Numbered from the stretch's first letter, positions 49,833 through 60,072 are shown. The stretch is 64,000 nt of DNA from Candidatus Woesebacteria bacterium (GCA_016700095.1 CP065002.1:176463-240462), one strand, 5' to 3'. Translations and numbers: made by a program. The notes: generated from the sequence alone by a model not told the origin.

Positions 49833-50906
49833 ATGTATAGTCCAAAGTTCTCAATAACCAATAAAATTCTCCAAAACATAGGAGCGATCGAGGCATGTAA
49901 GGAAGTTATTGAAAATGCCCCGCTTGTTCCGTATTACGAGAAACAATTTAAATCAGAAGCAATTGTGAGAACTGTACATCATGCTACCCATATCGAAGGA
50001 AACGATCTGAGTTTGGATCAAACCAAAAAAGTTCTTGAGGGGGAACAGGTATTGGGTCGGGAAAGAGATATTCAGGAAGTAATTAATTACAGAAATGTCG
50101 TTTCGCTTTTGGATGAACTTATGTCAAAACGTGGCGGTTACGATTTGCAGACGTTAACCGATATTCACAAAGAGACAGTCAAAAGACTGGTTCCCGATGA
50201 AAAGGTGGGAGTACTTCGAAAGACACAAGTCGTGATTAAGGAAGAAGAAACAGGAGAAATAATATTTCAACCACCTCCGTTTATCGAAATACCATATCTA
50301 CTTGAAGATTTCTTTATTTGGTTAAACTCGGAGTCAACGAAAGAAATTCATCCGGTTTTATTATCCGGAATTGTTCATTATGTACTCGTATCGATCCATC
50401 CTTTTGTCGAGGGAAACGGAAGATCTACCAGGGCTTTTTCGACACTTGTTCTTATGAGGGAAGGGTATGACATTAAACGCTTTTTCTCATTGGAAGAGTA
50501 TTTTGATATGGATCCGGGTGATTATTACGAAGCATTTTCTGTGACAGACAAACAATCACGCGACATTGCCGCAAGAGACTTAACTTACTGGTTGGAGTAT
50601 TTCACCAAAGCATTGTCGATTTCATTGGGTAAAGTCAAAGACAAAATTAGGAAATTGTCGATTGATTCAAAACTTATGGGAAGAATCGGTCATCAAGTAG
50701 CCCTGACGGAACGACAAATGCAACTGGTCGAATACTTATCCGAAAACGGATCAGGAATTATGAAAGAATTGAAAACAGTTTTACCGATGGTTTCGGAGGA
50801 CACGGTGCTAAGAGACGTGAAAGATTTGCTTGATAAAAATATTGTCAAAAAAGAAGGAAGTACCAAAGCATCCCGTTATTATTTGACCAGTAGCAGTGCT
50901 TCGTAA
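49833..50906 (+). CDS. Fic-family protein (AMPylator-type) with a C-terminal winged-helix domain
   Basis: Canonical Fic motif HPFVEGNGRSTRAF (HxFx[DE]GNGRxxR); N-terminal ATHIEGN resembles the inhibitory-helix (S/T)xxIEGN motif; C-terminal wHTH-like segment. Confidence 0.85.
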   Translation: MYSPKFSITNKILQNIGAIEACKEVIENAPLVPYYEKQFKSEAIVRTVHHATHIEGNDLSLDQTKKVLEGEQVLGRERDIQEVINYRNVVSLLDELMSKRGGYDLQTLTDIHKETVKRLVPDEKVGVLRKTQVVIKEEETGEIIFQPPPFIEIPYLLEDFFIWLNSESTKEIHPVLLSGIVHYVLVSIHPFVEGNGRSTRAFSTLVLMREGYDIKRFFSLEEYFDMDPGDYYEAFSVTDKQSRDIAARDLTYWLEYFTKALSISLGKVKDKIRKLSIDSKLMGRIGHQVALTERQMQLVEYLSENGSGIMKELKTVLPMVSEDTVLRDVKDLLDKNIVKKEGSTKASRYYLTSSSAS

Positions 50907-51189
50907 ACCAAGACTATATTGGTTATCGTGTCGAATGCCTTTAACCGCTAACGATTCTCCGCGGATACAAGTCTGTGGTAACTTTTTCATCTTCGGCGGT
51001 AATACGATGCTCCGTCTACGCGATAAAAAGTGTGGAATAGCCAAAAAGAGAAAATAAATTATTAAATCAGTAAACAGGCATTTCGCAATAATAGTTTATT
51101 AATCAGCTTGGCTAACACTTCAATTTTGGATAGAATATTATTGTAACTTTTGTTATTGCTGATAAATGCAGTATTATTGATTTAGATAT

Positions 51190-51393
51190 ATGGTACCTAG
51201 TGATCCACAATTTCTTTACATGGTTTTAGTACTACCTAGTTTGTTCGGATTAACTTTAGTGGGGGACGGACTAAACAAAATAATTCACGAAGAACAGGGT
51301 GGAATTATAAGCATTATGTTTGGCATTGTATTTATAGGGTGTGTAATTTTTGCTTTTATTTTCTTTTCAACATATTTAGGTAAACCGCTTTAA
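51190..51393 (+). CDS. small hypothetical membrane protein
   Basis: 67 aa with two hydrophobic helices. Confidence 0.3.
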   Translation: MVPSDPQFLYMVLVLPSLFGLTLVGDGLNKIIHEEQGGIISIMFGIVFIGCVIFAFIFFSTYLGKPL

Positions 51394-51429
51394 TTTCAAT
51401 ATCTTGAAGTTTTTCAATATAATATCCAT

Positions 51430-53145
51430 ATGGAATTCAAAGATGTGTCGCTTTACCTTGATAAACTGGAGAAAACTTCTTCAAGAATCGAAATAACCAA
51501 AACACTAGCTGAGTTAATACGTGAGGCGGGTAGTGATGAAATAGATAAGATTGTTTATCTTTTACTCGGCGTACTTACTCCGTCATATAGAAGTGTCGTA
51601 TTTAATGTTGCAGAAAAAATGATGATTGAAGTAGTCGCCAAAGCCTACGAAATTGATAAAGATACAGTGACTGCAAAATACAAAGAAGTAGGCGACCTTG
51701 GTGACACGGCTTATTATTACGCCAACAAAAGAACGGGAAAATCTAAATTGCAGGTAAATGAAATATATAACGATCTGATTGAGATTGCCGAAGATGAGGG
51801 CGAAGGAAGTCAGGATAGAAAAATTGATTCACTTGCTCGGCTTATTGCTTCGCTTGATGCCACGAGTGCAAAATTCATTGCGAGAATTCCAATTGGCAAA
51901 CTACGACTTGGTTTTTCCGATAAGACAATTATTGATGCTATCAGCTGGTCAATTTCAGATGATAAATCATATAGTGCCAAACTGAAAAAAGCTTACGGGG
52001 TTTTGCCGGATGTCGGATTGTTGGCGAAAAATGTCAAACAAAAGGGAATTGATGAAACCGTCAACAATATATCTCCTGAGCTTGGTGTTCCCGTCATGCC
52101 AATGCTTGCCCAGAGAATAAAAACTACGAAAGAAATGATAGAGAAAATGGGAGAGATCGCAATAGAACCAAAATTTGACGGGGTACGTGTACTTATCCAC
52201 TATGCAAAGTCCAAAGACAACGAAAATCCGTTCGTAAGAGCTTTTACGAGAAACTTAAACGACGTTACACACATGTTCCCGGAGTTAAATGAAATTGGCA
52301 GGTATATTAAAGCAGAAAGCGCAATTTTTGATACGGAGGGGGTTGGAGTTGATCCAAAAACCGAAAGATTGGTGGATTTCCAAATGACAATGCAAAGAAG
52401 AAGGAAGCATAATATCGGGAAAACCGCTCTTGATATTCCTCTTAGATTTCAAGTCTTTGATGTCGTTATGGTCAATGGCGAAAGTTTGATGAACTTGCCT
52501 TATGAAAAACGCCGGAAAATATTGGGTGAGATAATTATCAAAAACAAATTTATCGTTGTTGATCAATTCACAAAAACGCAAGACGCCACTTTTATTAGAA
52601 AGGAGCACAAAAGGCTAATTGATTTGGGACTAGAGGGCATTATTGTAAAAAAATTATCGAGTAAATATGTCGCGGGGAGGACAGGTTTTCGGTGGGTAAA
52701 AATGAAAGAGGTGGAGGATACAAATGGTAAATTATCAGACACGGTTGATTGTGTTGTCATGGGTTTTTCAAGAGGAAGGGGGAAACGTGCCAACTTTGGA
52801 GTTGGGCAATTCCTGGCGGGAATTAAAAAAGCCGATAGGTTTGCAACGATCACAAAAGTAGGAACCGGGTTGTCGGATGAGCAGTTCAAAACACTAAATG
52901 AAAAACTTAAAACAATCGTAACTGACAAAAAGCCAAAGGGTTATGTTGTCGATAAAACTTTGGAACCTGATTTTTGGGTAACTCCATCGCTTGTTGTCGA
53001 GTTAGCAGCTGATGAGATTACGGTTAGTCCAAGACATACATCAGGATACGCGCTTCGTTTTCCGAGATTAGTAAGATTTCGGTATGACAAAACAGCTGAC
53101 CAAGTAACCATGCTAGAAGAGATAAAGGAAATAGGTAATTTGTGA
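51430..53145 (+). CDS. ATP-dependent DNA ligase (Lig1/archaeal-eukaryal type)
   Basis: Adenylation motif I KFDGVRVL, motif V LEGIIVKK, and N-terminal DNA-binding domain. 571 aa. Confidence 0.8.
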   Translation: MEFKDVSLYLDKLEKTSSRIEITKTLAELIREAGSDEIDKIVYLLLGVLTPSYRSVVFNVAEKMMIEVVAKAYEIDKDTVTAKYKEVGDLGDTAYYYANKRTGKSKLQVNEIYNDLIEIAEDEGEGSQDRKIDSLARLIASLDATSAKFIARIPIGKLRLGFSDKTIIDAISWSISDDKSYSAKLKKAYGVLPDVGLLAKNVKQKGIDETVNNISPELGVPVMPMLAQRIKTTKEMIEKMGEIAIEPKFDGVRVLIHYAKSKDNENPFVRAFTRNLNDVTHMFPELNEIGRYIKAESAIFDTEGVGVDPKTERLVDFQMTMQRRRKHNIGKTALDIPLRFQVFDVVMVNGESLMNLPYEKRRKILGEIIIKNKFIVVDQFTKTQDATFIRKEHKRLIDLGLEGIIVKKLSSKYVAGRTGFRWVKMKEVEDTNGKLSDTVDCVVMGFSRGRGKRANFGVGQFLAGIKKADRFATITKVGTGLSDEQFKTLNEKLKTIVTDKKPKGYVVDKTLEPDFWVTPSLVVELAADEITVSPRHTSGYALRFPRLVRFRYDKTADQVTMLEEIKEIGNL

Positions 53146-53220
53146 TAAAGAGAATTGTTTCGGTGTTTATTGTATTGTAAATTAATACCACAATATATTA
53201 CGTACTGTCTTTTAAGGGCA

Positions 53221-53787
53221 CTAATTTTTGTTTGCTGTAAGTTTGTTGATCAAAAAAAATATCCCGATTATATCGTCTGGAGGTAGCTGTCTTAAGTCTT
53301 TTGCCCTACTAAAGTGCTCCCTTATATTTGGAGGAAGCGAGTTTGGGTCAACTGATTTTCGCGGAGTGAGATATGCTTCGTTGAACCCGCCTCGTTCTGT
53401 AACATTGCCTCTATTTGTTCTCCACACCACAACGGCATTAAAACCGGTGGGGGGATCTTTCAGATTCCTTGCAGAATTTCTAACCTGTTGAGTTCTAATT
53501 GCCGACAAATTTATTGAATTCGAATCTGCAATTAATCCATACTTTATATAACTTGGGACAAGTGATGCCGGGGTTGCATGATATGCATATGTCATTTCTT
53601 TATCCCCCTGTGGACCATGTTGGGCATATAGCCATAAGTCTTCTTCTTCTGAAGTATCGTAACGCCTAACAAACATTTTCCTACCCTTGGGCGCAATTTC
53701 TCCTTTCTCCAAAGTCTCCTTCACCCATTCGCGTGTTATGTCTTTTGGAAAAAGGGGGAGTTCTGTAATTTCAACAAAATCATTCAT
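53221..53787 (-). CDS. Tpt1/KptA-like (RNA 2'-phosphotransferase / ADP-ribosyltransferase fold) protein with a substituted catalytic His
   Basis: YAQHGP...YAYHATPASLVPSYIKYGLIADSNSINLSA aligns to KptA AVQGHS...[30 protein letters not shown]. The N-terminal FVRRY sits where KptA has the LRH motif. 188 aa against 184 aa for E. coli KptA. Confidence 0.45.
   Translation of the reverse strand: MNDFVEITELPLFPKDITREWVKETLEKGEIAPKGRKMFVRRYDTSEEEDLWLYAQHGPQGDKEMTYAYHATPASLVPSYIKYGLIADSNSINLSAIRTQQVRNSARNLKDPPTGFNAVVVWRTNRGNVTERGGFNEAYLTPRKSVDPNSLPPNIREHFSRAKDLRQLPPDDIIGIFFLINKLTANKN
53356..53470. repeat. direct repeat copy A, inside the Tpt1-like CDS
   Basis: A 115-bp segment about 97 percent identical to 54953-55064. 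Confidence 0.7.
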
Positions 53788-53951
53788 AACGTGTATTTTA
53801 TCATTTTATTGCAGACGAAATTATTAATAGTACACATTTCACTACAGGCAATGTACTCTCTTCTGTGATCTGAAAATATCAAAAGAGGAGAAATTTGTAA
53901 GCCAGAATACTGTTAAATGTAAGAATCTGTAGGAGATAATAGTGAAGAAAA

Positions 53952-54245
53952 TCAATCTTCGGGATAAATATTGCTTATATGTTTAGATCTGAAGGTAACA
54001 ATTTCGCCTAATTTAGGAGATCTGAGAACCTGTGGATTCGAGTAAACTGTTCCTGTGTATGAACGAGGAGTTTCTTTTGTTTGAACATTGGTTATTTTTA
54101 CCGGCATTCTTTCTATTTGTTGCTCGTCGTTTTCGAAGACAACTTCCACAATGTTGCCTTCTTTAATTCTAATGAAGTCTTCTTCGGTTGGTATGAAGTC
54201 TTTGTTGGGGTCTCTTAAGTCTTTTTGTAAGTAAACTCCGAGCAT
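53952..54245 (-). CDS. hypothetical small protein upstream of the Tpt1-like gene
   Basis: 97-aa ORF; no motif. Confidence 0.35.
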   Translation of the reverse strand: MLGVYLQKDLRDPNKDFIPTEEDFIRIKEGNIVEVVFENDEQQIERMPVKITNVQTKETPRSYTGTVYSNPQVLRSPKLGEIVTFRSKHISNIYPED

Positions 54246-54313
54246 AGCTTAATGCTATAATAACTTACCTTATTTGTCTATATTTATTTTAGTAAATAAT
54301 ATGCGAAATTGAT

Positions 54314-54880
54314 TTGATTATGAAAACGAAAAAACAAGTAAAAACTAACGAGAGAAAAGCGGGAATTAATCAAAACAAGAAAGTATATAGAGATGATAAG
54401 TTTTTTAATGAGTTGCGAATTGAATTAGTTTTTCCTGGTCTTCTAGAAGTAATTAGTAAAGTATCCACAGATGTACAAAGGAGTATTGCATATAACGTAG
54501 CAAAGCTAGCGATAGAACATGCGGGCTTGAAGGGAGATTTTGTTGACGAAGCTGTTGCGAATATGGAATTAGGAAATACAAATGAGGCTTTGCAGAGTAA
54601 AGTCAAAGTGTATGTCGAGCGATTGGACAACGAAGCCTATGCTTTGGAAGCGAAACGGCAAGAAAATAATCCATACGAGAAACGGTACTTAACTGCATTT
54701 AGAAAAGCTCGAGCAGCTAATGCGTTGTATTACGCTTTGGACAACGATGAACTTAGAGCCGCAACAGAATCGATATATGAGGCAAGCAAGTCAGTGGACA
54801 ATTCTTTATTGGTAAAAGAAAAAGTCGAAGCTATTTTAGAGAAAAGATTTTCAGATGATGTTACAAGGGAGAAGGATTAG
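54314..54880 (+). CDS. hypothetical alpha-helical protein
   Basis: 188-aa ORF; no motif. Confidence 0.4.
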   Translation: MIMKTKKQVKTNERKAGINQNKKVYRDDKFFNELRIELVFPGLLEVISKVSTDVQRSIAYNVAKLAIEHAGLKGDFVDEAVANMELGNTNEALQSKVKVYVERLDNEAYALEAKRQENNPYEKRYLTAFRKARAANALYYALDNDELRAATESIYEASKSVDNSLLVKEKVEAILEKRFSDDVTREKD

Positions 54881-54952
54881 AGATTAAAGCTAATTTATAA
54901 ACCCATAAACTACCCCATTATGTTTTTCTGGTTCAAGTATTTATATTAGCTT

Positions 54953-55064
54953 TTTTCGCGGAGTGAGATATGCTTCGTTGAACCCGCCTCGTTCTGCAAC
55001 ATTGCCTCTATTTGTTCTCCACACCACAACGGCATTAAAACCGGTTGAGTCTTTCAGATTCCTT
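54953..55064. repeat. direct repeat copy B, intergenic; a gene-fragment remnant of the Tpt1-like CDS
   Basis: Matches 53356-53470 with one substitution and one short indel. Confidence 0.7.
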
Positions 55065-55112
55065 TTCAATCATATTTTTAAACTTAATATTTATTTTATG
55101 CTAGCATAAGAT

Positions 55113-57581
55113 ATGAAAGTTGTAGCGAAGGGTCTTAGTTTACATGAGGCAAAAACTTTGCTAGGTAAATTTGGCCCCAACAAACTTCCTGAGAAAAAAC
55201 CGCCTTCCTCTTTTGCAATTTTAGCTTCACAATTTAAAAGTCCTTTGGTTTATGTATTGCTTGCCGCAGGGCTGGTGACAACTTTATTGCGCGAGTTTTC
55301 CGACTCACTGGTAATTTTGTTTGTCGTGACGATTAATACGGCTCTAGGTTTCCTGCAAGAAAAGAAAGCAAGTGATGCATTAACGGCGCTCAAAGCTTTG
55401 GTTCATCCTTCGGCACTGGTAGTGAGAGACGGGAAAAAGCAAAGCATTGCCGGTGAATTGATAGTACCGGGCGATATCGTTTTTGTAGCGCAGGGAAACA
55501 AGGTACCGGCGGACGGGAAGATCGTGTCGGCAAATCGGCTTTTAGTTGAAGAAGCGATTCTAACAGGTGAATCAATGCCTGTTGACAAAGGAGTGGATGA
55601 TGAAGTATTTATGGGTACTATTGTTTCTTCGGGTGAAGCGTATTTTAAAGTAACCAAAACGGGACAGTTTACGCAAATCGGAGCGATCGCAAAATCGGTT
55701 CAAGTGAAAGATGACGATACTCCATTAACGCTTCAACTTAAAAAATTCTCAAATCAATTAACCGTTTTGGTGATAGTTCTAACGGTCATTGTTTTTATCG
55801 TTGGACTAATTTCAAAACTCAAATTGGAAGAAATATTTACGACGTCTGTCGCATTGGCAGTGTCGTCGATACCCGAGGGACTATTGATTGCATTAACAGT
55901 AGTGTTGGCAGTAGGAATGCAGCGGATTTTGAAAAATAAAGGACTTGTGAGAAATCTGGTTTCAGCAGAAACCTTAGGGGGAGTGACCACGATATGTGTT
56001 GATAAAACGGGAACATTAACTCATGGAAAATTACAGGTGGTAAATGTCCATGGAGATGTTGATAAAATTTGCTTACAGCATTTTGCATCATCAAGCGATC
56101 CGATTATGGAAGTGGCGCATGATTGGATAAAAGAACACTCAAAACATTATGAAAAAATAAAAAATGAATTTAGTAAAGAATGTGAAACTATCGATTCGAT
56201 TCCGTTTACTCCCGAAAACCGGTATTACGCAACCTTAATTGAACACACCGATTCCAACCGCGAAATATATATAAACGGCGCTCCGGAATTATTATTGAAA
56301 TATTCCACTCTGACATTAAAGGAGAAAAAAGACATTAAAAGTCAGATAAAAAGCATGACACAAACGGGCAGGAGGGTGATTGGAATGGCAAAAAAGAATG
56401 TGCCCGACAGTGTCAACAAAATAACGGAGAAAGACATTGATACACATCTTGAGTGGATCGGATTGTTGGAATTTACAGACCCGGTTCGCGAAAACCTCAT
56501 TCATCCTTTCGAAGAAGCAAAGTTAGCAGGTATAAAAACGATTGTAATTACAGGTGATTATGCAGAAACAGCCATATCAGTCATGCGGGAAATTGGAATT
56601 CCGGTTGACACAAAAAGAATTGTATTGGGCAAAGAATTAGAGAATATGAGTGAAAGCAAAGTGTCCGAGATTTTGAGAGACTATTATGAAGCATCCGATT
56701 TACCCATACTTTTTGCCAGAACAAAACCGGAACAAAAACTTAAAGTGATTAATGCGCTTAAAAGTAACGGCGAGGTTGTAGCTATGATGGGTGATGGTGT
56801 AAACGACGCCCCGGCACTTCACCGGTCGGATATTGGGATTGTCGTAGGTGACGCAACGGATGTCGCAAAAGAATCAGCCGATTTAATACTTCTTGACTCG
56901 AGTTTCGAAACTATTATTTCCGCCATTAAAGAAGGAAGGGGGATTTTTGATAATTTGAGAAAAATAATTCTCTATCTAATGAGTGATTCATTTGAAGAAA
57001 TTGTGGCCGTAATGGGAGTGATGCTTTTACAACTTCCACTACCGGTTACCGCAGTACAAATCCTTTGGATAAATCTTGTTTCCGACGGTCTGCCGCACCT
57101 TGCCTTAACGGTGGATCCGAAAGACCCGAAAATTATGAGACGTAAACCGAGAAATCAAAATGAAAATTTGGTTAGTCCGTGGATGAAAAAGTTAATTTTT
57201 ACCGTTTCATCCGTTGGTGGGTTGTCGGCTTTTTCATTGTTTGTATATAGCTATGTGACGACCAACGATTTGATATATGCGCAGTCGATCGCTTTTGCAA
57301 CACTTGGCATCAATTCACTTGTTTATGTGTTTTCGGTACGGACCTTGACAGATCCTTTCTGGGTTGAAAATCCCTTCAATAACATTTGGTTGAACTTGGC
57401 TGTTTTGGGGGGAATAATATTTCAAATAATTCCTTTTATATACTCACCCGTTGGAAGATTTTTGGGAATTGAGCCGATAAGTTTGGCAAGCTGGGCATTG
57501 GTAGTTGGCGCTTCTTTATTAATGTTTTTAGTAATCGAATTTTCCAAATCAATATTTCGCCATCACTTGGCTGAAGTGTAA
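55113..57581 (+). CDS. P-type cation-transporting ATPase (type II, Ca2+-ATPase-like)
   Basis: TGES, PEGL, phosphorylation site DKTGTLT, TGD, and GDGVNDAPAL; 10-TM topology. Confidence 0.9.
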   Translation: MKVVAKGLSLHEAKTLLGKFGPNKLPEKKPPSSFAILASQFKSPLVYVLLAAGLVTTLLREFSDSLVILFVVTINTALGFLQEKKASDALTALKALVHPSALVVRDGKKQSIAGELIVPGDIVFVAQGNKVPADGKIVSANRLLVEEAILTGESMPVDKGVDDEVFMGTIVSSGEAYFKVTKTGQFTQIGAIAKSVQVKDDDTPLTLQLKKFSNQLTVLVIVLTVIVFIVGLISKLKLEEIFTTSVALAVSSIPEGLLIALTVVLAVGMQRILKNKGLVRNLVSAETLGGVTTICVDKTGTLTHGKLQVVNVHGDVDKICLQHFASSSDPIMEVAHDWIKEHSKHYEKIKNEFSKECETIDSIPFTPENRYYATLIEHTDSNREIYINGAPELLLKYSTLTLKEKKDIKSQIKSMTQTGRRVIGMAKKNVPDSVNKITEKDIDTHLEWIGLLEFTDPVRENLIHPFEEAKLAGIKTIVITGDYAETAISVMREIGIPVDTKRIVLGKELENMSESKVSEILRDYYEASDLPILFARTKPEQKLKVINALKSNGEVVAMMGDGVNDAPALHRSDIGIVVGDATDVAKESADLILLDSSFETIISAIKEGRGIFDNLRKIILYLMSDSFEEIVAVMGVMLLQLPLPVTAVQILWINLVSDGLPHLALTVDPKDPKIMRRKPRNQNENLVSPWMKKLIFTVSSVGGLSAFSLFVYSYVTTNDLIYAQSIAFATLGINSLVYVFSVRTLTDPFWVENPFNNIWLNLAVLGGIIFQIIPFIYSPVGRFLGIEPISLASWALVVGASLLMFLVIEFSKSIFRHHLAEV

Positions 57582-57590
57582 ATTGTAAAT

Positions 57591-58568
57591 ATGTTGTTAA
57601 TTCTAATTTTAGTAATTCTAGTCTTGTCTTTAGTCCTTATTAAATCGGCTGATGTGGTAGTAACTTCGATAATTAAAATTGCCAAAAGGTCTCATGTAAA
57701 TAAGTATGCAATCTCGGCAGTTATTCTTGCCGTCGGAACTTCTTTTCCCGAACTGTTTGTTAGTATTACTTCCGCGATCGAAGGCAATCCGAGATTGGCA
57801 CTTGGCATCGTGTTGGGGAGTAACATTGCCAATATTTCATTAGTTGCCGGCATCACGGCATTAATAACCGGAAAAATCAATGTATCGCGTGATTTCTTGC
57901 GCCGCGATGTGTCAATCGCACTTGTCGCGGGAATTCTCCCGATGATTTTATTGATCGATGGAAGTTTAGGTAGGATTGATGGGCTAATACTCTTGTCTAT
58001 TTATTTAGCTTACGCAACAAGTTTATTTAAAGCCAGATTTACACAGATAGGTGAAAGAATAGAAAGAGAAAACTACATACATAGATTTCTCTCAAAACCT
58101 GTTTCTATCGACAAAGAAAAAACTAAAGCGTTTGGACAGTTGTTTTTGGGTGTTGCACTTATGTTATTTGCATCGGATCTGATTGTTAATGTCTCCGAAC
58201 TCCTGGCGGAGTCTGCGAGAATATCGGTTTTTGTAATCGGTCTTATCGTGCTTGCAGCGGGAACATCACTTCCCGAGTTTGCGTTTTCCCTAAGAAGTAT
58301 TGACAACAAACAGCCGACAATGTTTTTTGGCAATTTATTAGGATCAATTATTGCCAACTCCACCCTGATAATTGGTGTAACTGCACTTATAAGCCCAATT
58401 GCGATAAGTGTCGAGCATGATTATTTTCTTGTTAGTATTACTTTTGTGGCATTATTTTTAACTTTTTGGTATTTTATTAAAAGTAAATTTAGTCTTGAGA
58501 GGTGGGAAGCGGTATTTTTGCTTGTAATTTATTTGATCTTTTTGATTCTCCAATTTGTAAACGTCTAA
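57591..58568 (+). CDS. CaCA-family cation/Ca2+ exchanger (YrbG-like)
   Basis: Two alpha-repeats with GTSFPELFVS and GTSLPEFAFS signatures. Confidence 0.8.
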   Translation: MLLILILVILVLSLVLIKSADVVVTSIIKIAKRSHVNKYAISAVILAVGTSFPELFVSITSAIEGNPRLALGIVLGSNIANISLVAGITALITGKINVSRDFLRRDVSIALVAGILPMILLIDGSLGRIDGLILLSIYLAYATSLFKARFTQIGERIERENYIHRFLSKPVSIDKEKTKAFGQLFLGVALMLFASDLIVNVSELLAESARISVFVIGLIVLAAGTSLPEFAFSLRSIDNKQPTMFFGNLLGSIIANSTLIIGVTALISPIAISVEHDYFLVSITFVALFLTFWYFIKSKFSLERWEAVFLLVIYLIFLILQFVNV

Positions 58569-58698
58569 GGAGTAGACATTTGCTGTAAGTAATAAAATTG
58601 AAGTTTACCTTGACCCGAAGATGTTTTCTGAGTAAAATCTGACTATTCTGAGCAATCAGAAAACAGTGAAAGTGCTAGTTTAATCTGCCGAAGTGTGA

Positions 58699-60072
58699 AT
58701 GTCTAATAAAGTTGTAAATTATCCAGTTACCCCAAAGACACTGCATGAATATGCAGAAAGCATATTTGCGCCGATTAGAAGAGGGGAGAACGTGACGACT
58801 GTTTGGGTCCCCATGGCAGGCAGGAGATTGTGGAACAAATTTATAATAGAAAACATTGAGCTTTTTGAAAAAGAATTGCCATTTTATAAAAAGTATTGCT
58901 TAGTATATATCGAACCTCTTGATCTAACGGAAGAAAGCTTAAGTGGTTATTTAAGGCTAATTGCTTTGAGTTTTATTGAAGCTATTAAAACGAGTGGTAT
59001 TGGCGAAAGTGCAGAAAATAAATATGAAAAAACTTTTAAGGATGAAAATGTTACGTATGCTAATTTACTAAACGAAATTAAAGGAATGTTTCAAAACGTT
59101 ATACAAAACGGATTTGAAATAGTATTGTTTTTAGGTGAATTTGACGAACTAAATTTTGCGAACAAAATATTTTTCCATAATCTAAAGAGTTTGTGGAATA
59201 GACTATATCCAAGTATCCACTTTGTTTTTTTGATGAGGGAAGGAGTTGTTAAGCCAATTTCGATTGATAAGTGGGGAGACTTTAGTGAAGTTGTTCTGCA
59301 AAATGTAATTCATATACCCATGCTTGTTCAACAAGACATTGATTTTTTAATTGACAATGTTTCTCGTGGGCTTAATATCAAAACTACAAAAGAAGAACGC
59401 GAATTGCTTAGTGATTTGTGTGGCGGACACCCATATATGTTAAAGGTAGGTCTTCGTATTATTGCTAACCATAAAGAAGAAAAACTTAGCATAGATCAAA
59501 TCGAAAAAATACTATTGAACCATTACGAATTACGATCTGTATCAAGAGGAATACTGAATGTTTTGGACGAGAAGGAAACAGCAACGATATTTGATATTGC
59601 AAGTGAGCGCCTGATTTTGGAGAGTAAATCTAATCAGCTAAAGACCTTAATCTCTTTGGGTTTGGTGTATATAGAGAGGGATGGCAGATTAAAAATATTT
59701 AGTAGGTTAATTAAAAATACTATAGGTAAAATAGACACAAAAAAGCAAAGTGAATACGATGTGATATCAAACGGCAATCTCATATTAGAAGAAAATAAGG
59801 GGGCGATAAGTTATAGAGGTAAAAATGTTGAAGAAAAATTTACTTCTCAAGAGTATGTCCTAATCAATTATTTCCTAAATAATAAAAATACACTCAAGAG
59901 CAGGGATGATATAGGCGATGTTTTATGGGGTGATGAGTCATGTGAGAAATATTCCGATTGGGCAATTGATCAACTGATATCAAAACTTAGGAAGAAGTTA
60001 AAAGATATGGGAACAACAGATAAACTAACAACAATTCGAGGAAGGGGATATAAATATATAAGTTACCTATAA
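58699..60072 (+). CDS. transcriptional regulator: N-terminal degenerate STAND/NB-ARC-like NTPase domain plus C-terminal OmpR/PhoB-type winged helix
   Basis: C-terminus ...VLWGDE...AIDQLISKLRKKL...LTTIRGRGYKY is a trans_reg_C wHTH. N-terminal region has a degenerate P-loop (VPMAGRRLW), Walker B-like VLFLGEFDE and a GxP-like LCGGHPYML. Confidence 0.5.
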   Translation: MSNKVVNYPVTPKTLHEYAESIFAPIRRGENVTTVWVPMAGRRLWNKFIIENIELFEKELPFYKKYCLVYIEPLDLTEESLSGYLRLIALSFIEAIKTSGIGESAENKYEKTFKDENVTYANLLNEIKGMFQNVIQNGFEIVLFLGEFDELNFANKIFFHNLKSLWNRLYPSIHFVFLMREGVVKPISIDKWGDFSEVVLQNVIHIPMLVQQDIDFLIDNVSRGLNIKTTKEERELLSDLCGGHPYMLKVGLRIIANHKEEKLSIDQIEKILLNHYELRSVSRGILNVLDEKETATIFDIASERLILESKSNQLKTLISLGLVYIERDGRLKIFSRLIKNTIGKIDTKKQSEYDVISNGNLILEENKGAISYRGKNVEEKFTSQEYVLINYFLNNKNTLKSRDDIGDVLWGDESCEKYSDWAIDQLISKLRKKLKDMGTTDKLTTIRGRGYKYISYL

